Assembly (NCBI RefSeq): GCF_018977255.1
Contig: NW_024704742.1
Coordinates: 29,266,001 to 29,330,000, forward strand
Source of the DNA: Callorhinchus milii
Lineage: Eukaryota
Length of the DNA: 64,000 nt
Direction of reading: 5' to 3'
Shown: one piece after another, positions 13,298 through 27,450 of the stretch
Position numbering within the stretch: the first letter of the stretch is position 1
Layout of the letters: each line of letters begins with the position of its first letter
Program-made: the position numbers and the translations under genes
The notes under the pieces: model-generated
Told to the model about the DNA's origin: nothing
The model's database searches: none
The model's input: the letters and a program-made list of their open reading frames with translations, nothing else

Positions 13298-14712
13298 TAA
13301 TTAACGAATGGAATGATTTTAGGATTACTGCCATGCTAAAGTAATCTCTTTATGAATAAAAAGCTCCTAACCTATAACCATTCCCTTTGGAGGAAAATGG
13401 CAAATCCTTACATTTTCTCTGGATGGTTCTTCTGCTGCTCTTTGATCCATTAATAATAATCCTTGCTTTTGATGTAGCACCTTATCATGTTGTAAAGTCC
13501 CATAGCTTTCTGTGCATTTGTAGGCAAATGCAGCAGTCAATTTCAGCACTTCATGAATGATCAATTTTAACTGAGGGAGTATATTGGTCAGGACATTAGG
13601 AGAAACTCCCTTCATTTTTCAATGCTGTCAATGGGATCTTTCATGTTCCCCTGAACTGGCAGATGGGGACATTGGTTTTAACGCAGTGGTGGCAACAAAA
13701 TAAATATTCTTGATTGAATATTTTATGATTTCTGCCATAAATCAAGAAATATTGAATCGAGAATAAACTGCAAACACACTAGCAATTAAATGCAGACTTA
13801 CCCAGACTTGTCCAAATGTTGGGGTGGGAAGGGCGCCACTTCATGAAGGCCCCACCGGTGACTTCCAGCCTGTGGGCCACAGGTTGACCACCAATCGTTT
13901 AATGTCTCATTACTAAGGGCAGCACTGCTGGTATTGAGGCGCTCTCCCTGCCCTGCACTGCAGTGCCAACCTAGACCATGAGTTCAAATTCCCAACCTGG
14001 CGTTTGAAGTGTTCGCATGAGAATTTTAATTTAGATTGGTATCTTAATAGTTAATTTGGCTTAAGTTGTTTTGCTGAATTGTAATGTGCGTATGATTTCC
14101 ATTCTTTAGGGGGACTGAAACATTATGGGCAAGTTGTTCTTGACATAAGAATAATGCACTGTTGGATTATATATTATTGCTAGGCTTTACCAGCAGGAAA
14201 TATATATTTGGAATCACTTTAACACTGTAGATTGATGAAATTTTGTTAAATGATAATTATGCTGTTATATTGCTACCGTATATATTTTGTCTATAATGAA
14301 AAAAAACATTTGTGCTACTGAATCTTTTAAGTAAGGTTTTGCTGATGATTGTGCAACTTGTTTACTTGCTAGAAATTAATAGTGTCTGTCTTTTTTTATC
14401 TAATGTCCTTACTCCATCCTTCATTGTTATGTGCAAAACGAATGTGCAACAGGCTATAAAGAAGTGGTGGCTATATGTGATAATTAGGTGGCCTTGCAGA
14501 ATGTTGAAATGAGATGAACATTGTTAGGTGAGGAGTAAAAAAGAAAACAGTATATGATAAAAATAATAATAATCCTTGCATTATTAGCGCCAAGTCAACA
14601 ATTTGATTTAAGTTAAATACAACCAAATAAAATTAAAATATAGTGACTATTTGAGATGCACAATCTTCTGACTTAGAGGCAAGAATGCTACATACTCTGG
14701 TTTTACATAATA

Positions 14713-15082
14713 TAATAATAATCCTTGCATTTGATATAGTGCCTTATCCATCGTTGAGACGTCTCAAAGTGTTTCACTAAATATACTGTAAAGTGAATTG
14801 ACTGTATATTTTGTGGGTGAAACACGGCAGCCAAATACGCACAGCAGTGTCCCACAAACTTGTGGATGGAGTAACCAAATTATCATTATTTGCTTTATTT
14901 AGTTTTTTGAAGGATTACTCCCCGGAGAAGCAATCCACCAATTCACTAACAACCGGTTCCTACTTAAGGCTAGGAAACAGAGGCCCGTGGAGTAAGGAAC
15001 CTTGCCTAAGGCTTTGCCCTGAAATCGAACCTGGGTCCTCTCGCTTGCAAGGCGAGTGTTCTAACCAATCCGCTGCAGGACT
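14713..15082 (-). mobile_element. Same SINE (long variant)
   Basis: Head, ~60-bp extra central segment, core and tail all present. Confidence 0.88.
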
Positions 15083-15122
15083 CATGTCAGGACATAAGCA
15101 CTTAATGGCCACAGTTGCAACT

Positions 15123-15463
15123 AGTCTTAGCCTGTAAGACAATTATGTGTTAAAATTTAAGATTGTGTAGAATTGTTGAAAATTCTTAAATTCAGCTTTA
15201 TTTCTGAAGCCGATTCTTTTCAAGAGCTGTGGGAAAACGGATTCCAAATTAAGACTGAATTTAAGAATTTTCATAATTCAGTACAATACAAATTTACATT
15301 CATGTCAGGAGGACATCCTAAAGTGTTTAACTATTAATGGCTGGGCACCCGAGGTGGGGGTGAGTGTTGAGGGAGGTGGGGAGAAAGATGACCGAAAGTA
15401 CAAAGAGGTAGCTCACGCGACAGACCAAAATCTTAAGACACAATGGTTTTACAGGCTAAGACT
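15123..15463. mobile_element. AT-rich foldback/MITE element, interrupted by an L2 tail (~15290-15425)
   Basis: AGTCTTAGCCTGTAAGAC at the left end and GTTTTACAGGCTAAGACT at the right; internal arms are also inverted. Confidence 0.8.
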
Positions 15464-18400
15464 GGGTGTGAACAGAAATAAAAAGTGGCAATGTTCAGAG
15501 TTAATTATCACACTCTTTAACCTGCCTCTAACTGGAAGCAAGAAAGTAGGAGAAATGGGACCTTAAGGTACTTGTGGTAAACAAGACAGATTATGGAATT
15601 AAAGGATTCTATTTTCTGATGTGTGAAATCTGTGGTATAGCAATTTCAGTACCAGGTAAACGGGAAGTTGATCTTTTTGAATTGTTTATTAAAGAGCAGC
15701 TGTAGTAGACGTGTTCTCTGGAAGTCGGGCTGCCCTGTGCATTCTCGAGGGTTCTCTGCAACAGTGAAGCAAGCGAGAAGCTGCTCAAATACAAGAGCAC
15801 CGTCTAGGGATGGTTTGTGCATTAATTTCACACTGGATCCACAAATCTGCACCGGCAGACTCTGAAATAAAAGCACATTAAATCGGAGGATTTTGCAAAT
15901 TCAAACTAAGTGAAGAAATCGCACAGTAGAGTCTATCTGTTACCAATAACTTACACTGGTGATCCTTTCCATTGCGTGACTTTAACGGACATGATATTTT
16001 GAAGCCCAAGTGTCATTCTGATTCTGTTTTCTACCAACAATCGGTGTGTGGAGTGGCCAAGGCTGTTTTCAGTAGCAATGACCTTTATTATTCAGCTTGG
16101 CCTGCGTGTCAATCTGGCTCAGTTGGTAGCACTCTCGCTGTTGGGTCAAAAGGTTATAGGTTGAAGTCCCACATTGGGATTTGAGCTCACAGTCTAGCCT
16201 GACATTCCAGTGTAGTACTGGATCATTCAAGTTGCCTCTTTTAGGATTGGATATTAAATCGAGATCCCTTCTGCCTACTCTTCAGATGGAGATTACAAAT
16301 CCCACGACACTTTTTGAAAAAGAGAAGAGATTCTCCCAGTCACTTGGCTGACAATCCTGATTGGATGATAAATTGGCTGATGAATAACCTGGTAACTGAC
16401 CTTCTCTCACCTATAATCTTTCAGTTCAGCCCCTGCTTTTCACTTTTTGATCAAATGTGCAGCTTTCAAGATTTCCTGCCATGTGGTACTCCATTGCAAT
16501 GCCTCTACCAAAATGATGGCTTTGAGTTTTGCCATTGTTGAAGGTTACCAACGATAAATAGAACTGGGGATCTCCACTCTCTCAGAACTATAACCAGTGG
16601 AGTACTGGCAGAGAAAATAATAGGTGCACAGCATCATTCAGTTCAAACTATTTCATCCACAAAAATATACACAATCACATGGCTTTACAGTTTATCCTGT
16701 ACACTATATCATACGATAAGGTGCTTTATCAAAAGTTAGGATTATTATTCAGCACTCCGTGACATTACCCCGCTATATAAATACAAATTGTATTTTCGAA
16801 TAAAAATATTTTTTTTATGCAATACACATGGCTTTAAAAGAGTTAAAATAATTTAGGACCAAAAAAGATAAGCTTTACCCATAGTCTTGGTGGATAAAAG
16901 AGGTTATGCTCCTTAGTGTCAGTAAATGTAGCAACGTTTGACAACATTTTTATCTCATATGCAAATCTATCAACCTCTGGAAAGGCATGCTTCATTTTAA
17001 AGGCACACAATAAAGATTGTTATACTTGTTACAGACAAGGAAAATACAAACACCCCTCCTCCTCCACCACCCCCACATTCCCCACCCCCGCCGTCCATCA
17101 AAGTCTCCTGCAGATCTTCTGCAATGTGATCCTCCCTGAAAAAGGAACCATACTGACAGCGAAGGTGACAGGTTCGATGTTTAGTCTGTGCTGAGTTAGC
17201 TGATCTCAGGGAGCGCGACAGTTAGGGAGGAGAAAATAAGTCGCTGTCAACCACTATCTAGTGAACACCTGCTGGAACATTTCCCGTGAAGACATTCGAT
17301 AAACCATCAAAATCCCGAAAGACCGTCCGCCACACCTAATATTGATTGTGTGGAATTTTAGAAAACAGTCTTAAATGAAGTCTTAATTTGAAAGCCACTT
17401 TCAGCAGTTCTTTTTCAGTCCGGCTGAAAACTTTGTTCCGCATTTTGAACAAATTTAAATAATAAATGCATCCTTTTTGTTTGTTCTACGTCTTTCACAT
17501 CAGGAGGGTGTCTCAACGCGCTTCACGTGATTTACTGTAAAGTGCAGTGACTGTGCATTTTGTGGGCAAACTCAAAATTTAATTCAGTTTCCTAGCATCT
17601 CATAAAGTTTTAAATTTTAAGTCAACCGTCTTAAGCCAACGAGGATAAGAAATGGCAGGTCTCTGGTGAGGATGGGTATTATTTTTGCTATACTTTCTCC
17701 TCACTCTGATGGGCTAACACGTGTAGAATGGTCACTTGGACCACATAATGCTGCTGAAAGCATGAATGTCCCCCAGCATGAATCGGGAGCTGTCAAGTGA
17801 GAAGACAAAATTAAGATGAAAAAACGAACAAGAAAACACATTAGCAACCAGGGTCGGTGTTTGTTATTGCATTGAAACAGGGCTGCAGTCTACCCTGGGT
17901 TAAAGCACTCTATCACTGTCCTTTTGTACATCCATCAGCGTGTTTTATTTTTAGTGGCACTGTGCTATAATGGGAAATTCAAGAATGATGAACTGTAATT
18001 ACTGTCATGAAGCACTTTTATTTCCCAGTACATTTGAATACATATGGAAGATTTGCAACTCTTGAGTGTTATTTTCTCAATGTAACCCAGTGTGAACACA
18101 GCCCAATAAATGCGCCTCTTTAAAATAACACAGTACTGTAAATGTTACAGCCTAATTTCTACTGAAAATTGCATAATTAACAAGAACTCGCTCTGAGAGT
18201 TTTCGGAGAGTCAGTCAATCATTCTTTTGCCCGAATTGAACTTCTTGTCCTTTTTTTGGTACAACAAATGCTCGCTCTGTGCAACTGAAGTCTTACCATG
18301 GACTCCAGCTCCCTCCGCTGGTGTGGCTAAGCACAGCACACTGATCTGAAAGCCCCATCATGAAACATTGATAAAGCTGAGCGGTTCCATTAAAATGAAT

Positions 18401-19177
18401 AATTAATATTGCTCTGATTGTTTATTGACTGTATTTCTTTTTAATTACTCTTCAGTTATTTAAAAAAAAAGCATTAGCATGCGACTCTATGGCGCGACAG
18501 TCAGATGTTCAGCCCTAGGCCATTTCTGAAAATAACACAAGCGTTGGATGAAAGTGAAGGTCAACCAGCAATTGTCTATCTGTGGAATTTTCCAGTGGTC
18601 TAAGGAAGAGAGCCACACTTGAGATAAATGGTAGCCCTCACTAACAAAGTTTAGTGTTACTGGTGAATTCACTTTACAGTATATTCTGTGAAGCGCTTTG
18701 AGACGTCTCAAAGACGTGATACGGTGCTATATCAAATGCAAGGATTATTATTATGACAAAGTAGATGTCTGTTAGCTGATCTCAGGCAGGGCAATGTAAC
18801 AATGTTACAATGGCCCTCTTTATCTCCAGATGAGGGAGCGACAAACAACAATAACAACAACAACTTGCATTTATATAGCACCCTTGACGCCGGGCGGCGT
18901 CTCGTAGAGCTTAAAGTCGAGGCTGATCACTCGCAAGTGACCAAGGCTGGAAAGTGCCACGTGAGGCTGTGATACCCTCATAGATTGATGGCCTGCTGTT
19001 TGCTCACTGTCCAAGCTCGCACGTGGATTAGGTTCTTGGAGGTACTGTACTGCAGTAGAGGGCTCCTGAAGACCTTGGAACTGTACCTCAGCCTTCAGGG
19101 TGGAGAAATTCCATCTTGGAGTTGTTAAGAGTTTCAGAGCACAAAAATTTTGAACAATTCTCAAATTCAGTTTTCAA

Positions 19178-19395
19178 CCACAACAACTTGCATTTATATA
19201 GCGCCTCTCACGTAGGGTAGCGTCACAGAGCACTCGACAGTGGCGGAGCACAACATCAAGCCGGGGGGAGGGGGAGGTGACCGTAGGCTCGGTCAAAGTG
19301 GAAGGTCTTCAGGGGCGATCTGAAGATGGGGAAGGAATGGGGCAAGGCGGAGGGATAGAGGAAGAGTGTTCCAGAGTTTCGGGTCCTAGTAGCTG
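19178..19395 (-). mobile_element. L2 3' end inserted in a foldback element
   Basis: LKTFHFDRAY and (CAA)n tail, flanked by inverted arms. Confidence 0.8.
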
Positions 19396-22300
19396 AAAGT
19401 TTCTTTTTGAACCTGTTTTTTGAAACAATTAAGAATTGTTCCAAAATCTAAATGCTCTGAAAAATGGTTAGATCATGGCGGAATGTCTTCCTCCTTCCAC
19501 CTCCCCATCCCACCTTACTAACCCCCATCCTCCTCCCTGAGAAATGGAAGAGCAAAATATTAGGAAAATAAAGAGCAGTGTCGAGTGAAGTTGGGTTTCA
19601 CGTTATCAGGTTCCTTTTATTGGTAAATTACACAGAAGTTCATTGTCCTATATAAAGTACTGGCGTACCTGACTAGTGGCACAGAGAGTCCAGGAGTCAT
19701 AAGAACCTGATCACTGCATATTTCTGTTAAAGGTGTTTCTTCATCGTTTAGAGGTCTCTTGCAAGATGTCAAATTCAGAGGCCCAAATCAAGGATATCCA
19801 GGATGGAGCGAACCTTGGAGCCTCCTGCCAATTTAACAGTAAGGGTTTTGAATTGTCATGAAGATATCATTTTTAATTAATATGAAAGTTACAGTAGTCT
19901 TGATCATCATTGTCATGTTGAATAATTTGGTTCCTCCAAAAGATATTCGGATTGGGAAATTCTAACCTATTTTTTTGCTTGCATCCCTTGTATTCAGCAA
20001 CAGAATAATTCAGTTATTGAACTTGCTCACATGAACATTCCCTCGTGGTCAGATGCTACACTTCATTACTCAGTTATTATCCACACACTCTGATAATGAT
20101 TCTATTATTATCAAATTTTGTCTCTTATAGTTAAAATTGTGCAATAAATAATACATACATTAGAGAGAAAGGAATAGAGGGGATAAGGAGCGAGTCGGGC
20201 TCATGTGGCGTAGAAACATTGGCACGGACTAGTTGGGCCGAACAACCTGTTTCTTTGCTGTACATTATATGCAATTGTATGTAAAATTGCACAACGGATA
20301 ATTTATATTTGGGTCTTGTTGAAACTTCATGAAAAGTAAATACAAATACGTTACTTGATATTCTTCATGTGTGAGACAAGGAAGTGAGTGCTGTGGCAGG
20401 CAATTCTGTTGCAGAGGAATATCACAACTCTATACTGGCCTCAAATGAAACCTATATTTGCACTTTTCAGCAGAGGTTGAGTGAACCATCATGAGTGGGA
20501 GCCCATGGCTGGTTTTATTTCTTGGTGCTAATCTGGACTCTAGAAGATTACATTATAGCCAATTATAGGCCCCACTCCCTCTCACCTCTGCCTTCAAATG
20601 AGACTGAAACTGACTCCAAGCCCTAGAGGCCATACAGAGGAGAACAGTGAGAATTGTTCAGTGTTACAGAAATGAACTAAATGAACAACAATTAGGTAAG
20701 CAAGGGATCATCTGCCTTGAAAGGAGACTTGTCTGAGGGGACCTTATAGAACTGTATCACATTTTAAATGTGACACCAGGAAGTATTTCTTTACCCAGCG
20801 GTTAATCAATGATTAGAACAGATTGCCATGAAGGTTGACTGAAAGCATGGCGCTGGAATAATTTAAAATACACTTTGATGCTGTGATGGGGAGATGGGGA
20901 GGTGTTTTTTTTTCTGAAAGGATGAGATCAAATGGCCCAAAGAGCCTTCTTCATCTGAATCAATTGTATGATCTTGTGACGCTTCAATTTCTGAGATGAA
21001 AAATGCAATGTTTCCTAACAGAAATTATGTGATAATTATCATTTTGAATCCATTATACACCAGATGTAAAGTGCGCTGTATAAATGCAAGTTGTTTTTGT
21101 ACTATATTTCTACGGTGTATAGATATCTTAATCAAAATAGTGATCTTTTCACTAGAGCTTAAACCCTGCTATAAATATGTACTAAAAGGTTGCAAATTTT
21201 ATTAATCAGCATAAACCAATTAAGATCCTTTAGTCAGTAGTAAATACACATTTCTTTCAGGCAAATAGTATAGTGTGTTTTTAAATCACGGATGAAGGTT
21301 TCACCAAATGAAACATTTTACAAGCAAAACGTATATCAAACATTTAAGTGTGTGATGTATTCTCTGCACATAAAAGTTGACAGCAGCAGCCTTCTTGCAT
21401 CTAATCCTCTGAAGGTAATGTGTTCTGATGGACTGCAGAAATGGCCCTGGTGGGCATTCGGCATTACATGAAAACACAACATTGCAATTAATTGTGAAGA
21501 AAGTCTTGGCAACAAGTATACAAGGATGGGTCAAACTCAATAACAACACAAAGGGTAATTATAAAACAAAACACAGCTATCAGCATCTTGGCTCTGCATC
21601 AAATGTTTATCTGTCCAAATTGGTAGAGATTCACTTTATGATTTCCTTGTTAATTACATCTTTTCTCTCCTGCACTTCTGAGAAAGGGAAAAAAAAGAAA
21701 AATAATGCAATAGCAGCAGGGAATTGTAAGGCTTCACACTGGACTAAAATCACTAGGTTCACATGATGATCCTCAAATTGCACATTGTAAGTATGTTATC
21801 ATAAAAATGCTGTCCACGATTTCTAAGTTAAATGCTCAAACATGGGGCTTGTTGCGTTCATGGTAAAATGCTTGAAGTAACTCATTCTGTCTGATATCTC
21901 TTTCTTTAGCAGCAGAGTTTTAAAATGAGCTCATATCAAATTGGATTTACTAGAAGTGGTCCAAATAGCCAATCTCCACATCAACCAAAGGACCAGCGTA
22001 AGAGAGGGAAGGGCAAGGTGCAGGAGGAAAAGGTTACCTGTATGCCTGAGGTAGCAATCTGACCTCGGAGTGAGAAGGGTGCAGGTACAAGCCCCTTGTT
22101 GAGCCTTTGAGCTCAGTGTCTAGGCTGGCACTCCAGAGCATTACATTCTCAGAGTTGTCATCCTTTAGATGAGATGTTAAACCAAGGTCCTGTCTACCTG
22201 TTGAGGTGGACATTAGAGATCCCCTAGTACTATTCCAAAAAAAGAAACAGAGTACCTCCCGGACTCTTAACCAACAACCCCCAGTTAAAACTGATCATTC

Positions 22301-24014
22301 ACTTCATAGCTGTTTTGGGAATATTGCTTGCTGCTGCATTTGTCAACAAAATATAGTCACTAAACAGCAAAAATCCTGTGAAGCGCTCCGAGATGTCTAG
22401 AAAACATGTTTAGGGGCTATATCAAATGATGCAAGGATTATTATTATTATTGTAATCCATTGACTTGTAACTCACTCACACCCTGCATTATTCTATCTGT
22501 TTGTACTAAACCCGCTCCAGATTGAGCGAGGATGTATGTAAAACCCGAGCATCAGCAGAAACTATCATTGCACTGTCGCCAGCAATGAGTCATTGGGGTT
22601 CTAAATAGGTTTCAAGGCAGACCAAAAAAAAGAGAAAAAATTCCTGAAAGATGTCTGGCTTTCACTCAAAGATTGCTGACACCCACAAGTCCCCTCAGCT
22701 GTTTTCCACAGGCCGCACTTCACAGTAGATTATTAGTGTAAAGGTTCATGGTCATTGGACAGGGAGTTTTATCATCAATTATTTCCGGGGGAGGAGGAGA
22801 AGACACTTCACTTTTGAGGTCTGGAGTCTTCCATCATGTTTGCTCCTGTGAGTTTTATTGCGTAAATAAGTGTTTGTTTCTGTCACAATAGCAGCCATAG
22901 TCTTAATACACAAGGTCATTGATTTTGCCACTAACATTAACATGTTGTGCCATTAACTGCAGCAGACAAATAGGGAATACTTCTTATACATTTTTATACA
23001 TATTTTTAAAATATTTTTCTTGTGACTTTTTGCTTGTAATATTTTACATACATGAATTACACAGCACATAAACGTATTAATAATGGCAATGCTAAAAGGA
23101 CACAAATCCATAACCTGTAGGACATTATCTTCTATTATCTGTATCATTGGTTCTTATTATTAATAATAATAATAATGCACTATTTAAAAAGACAGGGAAT
23201 TTCTCCCAGTGCCCTGCCCAACATTCCCCCAAATAATATTGGTCATGGCTGTTTGTAGGATATTGCTGTGTGCAAATTGGCTGCCCTATTCACTCACAAG
23301 GTACAGTCACTCCACTTTACAATATATTCTGTGAAGTGCTTTGAGACATTCTCCCAACATAAAAGGTGCTAAATCAAATGTAAGGATTATATATCAGGAT
23401 TATTATAATAATAATGATATTATAAAGCCTTATCACGTCAAAACATCTCAAAGTGCTTCACAGAGGTTACTCTAAACTCTAGTGATTATATATTTGGAAA
23501 CCAATACGACAGCCAATTTGCACACAATGCGTCACAAACAGTTGAATGATTAATTTAACTGGGAGATTGTTGGTCAGTCAACTCCAGGAGAAACTCCCTT
23601 CTCCATCCTCCTTCCCTACATGGGAAAGAGCATGAATTACCATAAAACCTGTTTGAAACGTTCCTATCGTTCTTGGAAGATTGTTCTTAAAAGCACACTC
23701 ATACTAAATTGTAATGAATTCATGAGGACTGAGAATTTGTTACCCAGCTATAATCGGCTAAAAAGCGCTGTACAGTACATATAGAAATTATTATTATAAT
23801 AATCCTAATATATAATCCTTACATTTGATGTAGCACCTATTATGTTGGGAGAATGTCTAGTAGATCGGGAGTAAAGGAGGGTTTCAGACAAAGCTCTAAC
23901 AATACCTTGAACCTCAATCTCATCATTTATGGCCTTATAAGTATGAGGCACTCAGTATCAGCCTGCAGAATGTAAACATACAATGCCTCCCATCCCAATC
24001 CCATAATATCATGT

Positions 24015-24388
24015 GGAGTTCTGTAGCTCAGTGGTTAGAGCATTCGCTTCGTAAGCGAGAGACCTGGGTTCCATTCCCAGCAGGGTGAAATGTTGGGCAA
24101 GTTTCCTTACTCCACACGTCTCTATTTACTTAGCAGTAAGTAGGAACCCAGTTGTTAGTCGATTAGCCGATTGCTTTTCCAGGGATAATAATCCTAAAAA
24201 AAAACATTAATAATTTGGTCACTCAATCCACCACTGTTTGTGGGCCACTGCTGTGTGCAATTGGCTGCCGCATTTTGCAAAATATACAGTCAATTCACTT
24301 TACATTATATTCTGTGAAGTGCTTCAAGACATCTAGAAGACGTGAGAAGCACTACATCAAACGCAAGGAATATTAGTATTATTATTAT
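24015..24388 (+). mobile_element. Same SINE (long variant), full length
   Basis: GGAGTTCTGTAGCTCAGTGGTTAGAGC head; CTCTATTTACTTAGCAGTAAGTAGGAACCC extra segment; tail. Confidence 0.9.
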
Positions 24389-25519
24389 GATACTAGTGGA
24401 TTTATTTCTTGAAGTGGGGGGGGGGCGCTGTTTTGAGGAAAGGTGATTCCAAGCCTTTCTCTTTGTTCATGATCGCACCACCAGGAATACTGCTACCCAA
24501 ATGCAGCACGTTAGCCCAAAAGATCATCGCTTGAGATTCATGTGATCTCTATGGGACATTAATTATGCACTGCCTTTCTGCTGTAAGAAGGCTGTTCTTT
24601 TTAAGAAGAAAACAGACCTGAAAAGTCTCTGAGTCTTAGCCTTAAAATCATTGTCTTGAAATTTTAAGATTTAAATTTGGAATAATTCTTAAATTCGCTC
24701 TCATTCTGGAAGCAGGTTTTGCTACAGACAAACATCTATACAAACACATGTTGCAGCCATAATTGTTCATCTGTGTTATATTCAGGGTTTGCAGAGATAA
24801 TTAGACATGATCCTCTTTGGTCACTGCATGGCATATTATTTTAAAACTTTCCTGTAATGTGACAAGAATATCCACAGGAGGGATTTTCATGGTTCATTTG
24901 CTTTAAATAGGACTTAATCCACATAATAATCCTTATCTCACTGATCGCTCAGTAACCACATTTCTTTGCTGTGGGTAGAAGGGGTGGGACTACATATTAA
25001 TGTTCCGCATTAGGATGTCACTGGGGATTACCAGGACAGTCATATACCAGTTGTATAATATTTACCCTTGGACAAATGTACTTAAATCTACTCGTTTACT
25101 CAATAATAAATTATACATGCAGTAATGAATATGTACTGACACATCAACAGTGAATAGTAACAGTGATCTTGAGCATTGAATGCCTCCACCATCAGGAGAG
25201 AGATGCCAGGCTCGGATACGAAATAATAATAATTCTTCCTTTCAAATCGGAAGTCTCAAAACAATTCACAGGATTTACTGTAAAGTGTAGCGATTGTGTA
25301 TTTTGTAGGTGAATGACCTTGACCTGCAGTCAGATTTGGGCTTGAAAGAGAGTATCTATGATTTACCCTGTTATTTAAAACGCAGAAGCCACAAAGGAAC
25401 CTGAGTATATCCAATTGCCTAAAGTGATCCAGTTGTGCCTACAGTTGAAGACGATTCTGGTATATGAACCACATTCTCTCTATGGCTCAGTTGATAGAGG
25501 CATTGGTCCATTGTGTAAC

Positions 25520-26050
25520 TGATCAGTTTTGGGCACCCAATCTTAGGAGGAATATACTATCTTTGGAAGGTGTCAACCGATAGTTAATTAGATTGATTCC
25601 TGGCCTGACAGAGTTTAGCTACAATGAGAGTTCGATGAACTAAGTTTACAGGAGAGGAGGCTAAGGAGTAATTTTATTGAGAGGGATTCAAAATAATGAA
25701 ATGAATTGACAGGTTGGAAAGTGAACTGTGAAGATGTGGAATGTTCTGCCCCAGAAAGCTGTAGGGGTGAAATCAATAGACATGTTTAAAAGAGAGATAA
25801 ACAGGTACTTGGGTATCAAGGGGTGTGACGAATAGGCAAGGCATTGTAATTAAAAGGTCTGTTCAGAAGCTGTAGTTGAAACAAAAAAATCAATGTACTG
25901 TATTTAAGAGTAAACTTGATGCATATATGAAGGGAGAGAAGGCAATAGAGGGCTATAGGTGATGGGAAAAGAAGGGGTGGAAGTTAGTATGGAGTATAAA
26001 CATCGTCATGGAAGCGTTGGGTCAAAAGGTCTGTTTCCTTGTCCTATGTA
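25520..26050 (+). mobile_element. Degraded CR1 3' fragments
   Basis: Remnants of the FW.P.L, ERRLR..LIE and WN.LP.KAV motifs, plus a CR1-type tail. Confidence 0.65.
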
Positions 26051-27109
26051 ATGTACCAGAACTACCCTGATCCCCTGATTAAGATGCTGCCTTAAGGTCT
26101 TTAGGAGGATAAAATCAGAGATAAAATTGGAAAATAAAAATTAAATTTCAAGACACAGGCCTGAGCCCATGCTGCAGATACCAGTGCTCGCTGATAGGAG
26201 CCAATGACTCATTAAAATTGACTGCTAAACTGGGGGGAACTAATTCCAGTATAATTTAAACTCATTATATACTCAAGTACGTCACACAAAACGTATTAAA
26301 AAATCATCAAGCAACTTTATTCATATTTCTTTCCAACATTTTGGATCATCATTTATATGTCAAGATAATGAGCAATGATACCCAGCTGCACTATTAATAG
26401 GGCAATTACACACAGCAACATTTATTTTGGTAATTAGCTAATCCGTCTCCCGCACTGCGTTACTCACAGGATAACATACAGGCAGTTCGTTGCGAACCTG
26501 ATTCACGCGACAGAGTTCGGGTTGGATCACGCCTTACAAGAGAGAGCAGCAGTTACTTTGAGTGTCAGCATGGGCTTGTAGCCCAGTGCCCGCTGTTTAC
26601 ATATATTCTATATATACTGTATATATATACAGTATATTCTATGAAGCGCTTTGAGACGCCTCAATGACATGATAAGGCACTAAATCAAATGCAAGCGTTA
26701 TTATTCCTATTATTACATATAGTCCAGTTATCAATCTTTTGTTTCCTCTTCATTACCAGAGTGCTAAGCGAAGCTTCTTGCATGGTAAAGGTGTGCTAGG
26801 CACTGAGCAAAAAGGTAAATGAAACAGACATTTACTTTTGATCTGTGAAACTACAGTGTCACACTGAGAAATCCCTTGTCGTGAGTCAGTTTCAGCAACT
26901 GAGCAGTCCTGAATACTTATAGATCCCGAGTTTCTGCTTGACAATTCTGGAGTGAGCAATCCCTCCCCAGGAAAGGAAGAGGTGGGGAGAGGGGTTGTCG
27001 GATAAGGTGACAGTTAGGTGGACATATTGCACTTGCTTGCTAGCTACGATATTTTGTGAAGTTTCTTTAGCAGCCTGCGACTGTAATACAGTATAAAATA
27101 TGGAGTGCA

Positions 27110-27450
27110 TAACTTCTTTTATCAGTACAGAAACAGACTACTTGAGCTAACCACTAAACCATGCCGGTGTTTAATACTCCACGAGTCTTCACCCATTTCT
27201 TATACCCTCCCATACCCTTTCATTTCCCTTTCCCTCATGTGGAAGTCTAGCTTCCTCTTGACTGCATTTATACCATCTGATTCAACCATCATTTTGGACT
27301 GGGAGTTCTCCTATCTCACTATACTCTGTGTGAAGTAGTTCCTCCTAAATTCTCTTTTGGATCCGTTCGTCACAAGCTTATACTTGGGTTCCCTGGTTAT
27401 TGATTCCCAACCAGTGGAAACAGCCTCTTTATGTTAACCTTATCGAACCC
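27110..27450 (-). mobile_element. Degraded CR1 3' fragment
   Basis: Resembles the 43416-43750 CR1 3' region in the same orientation. Confidence 0.6.

Noticed and set aside
19648..19660. TATA-like CCTATATAAAG
   Set aside because: No associated exon, CpG island or paired LTR; expected by chance in AT-rich DNA.
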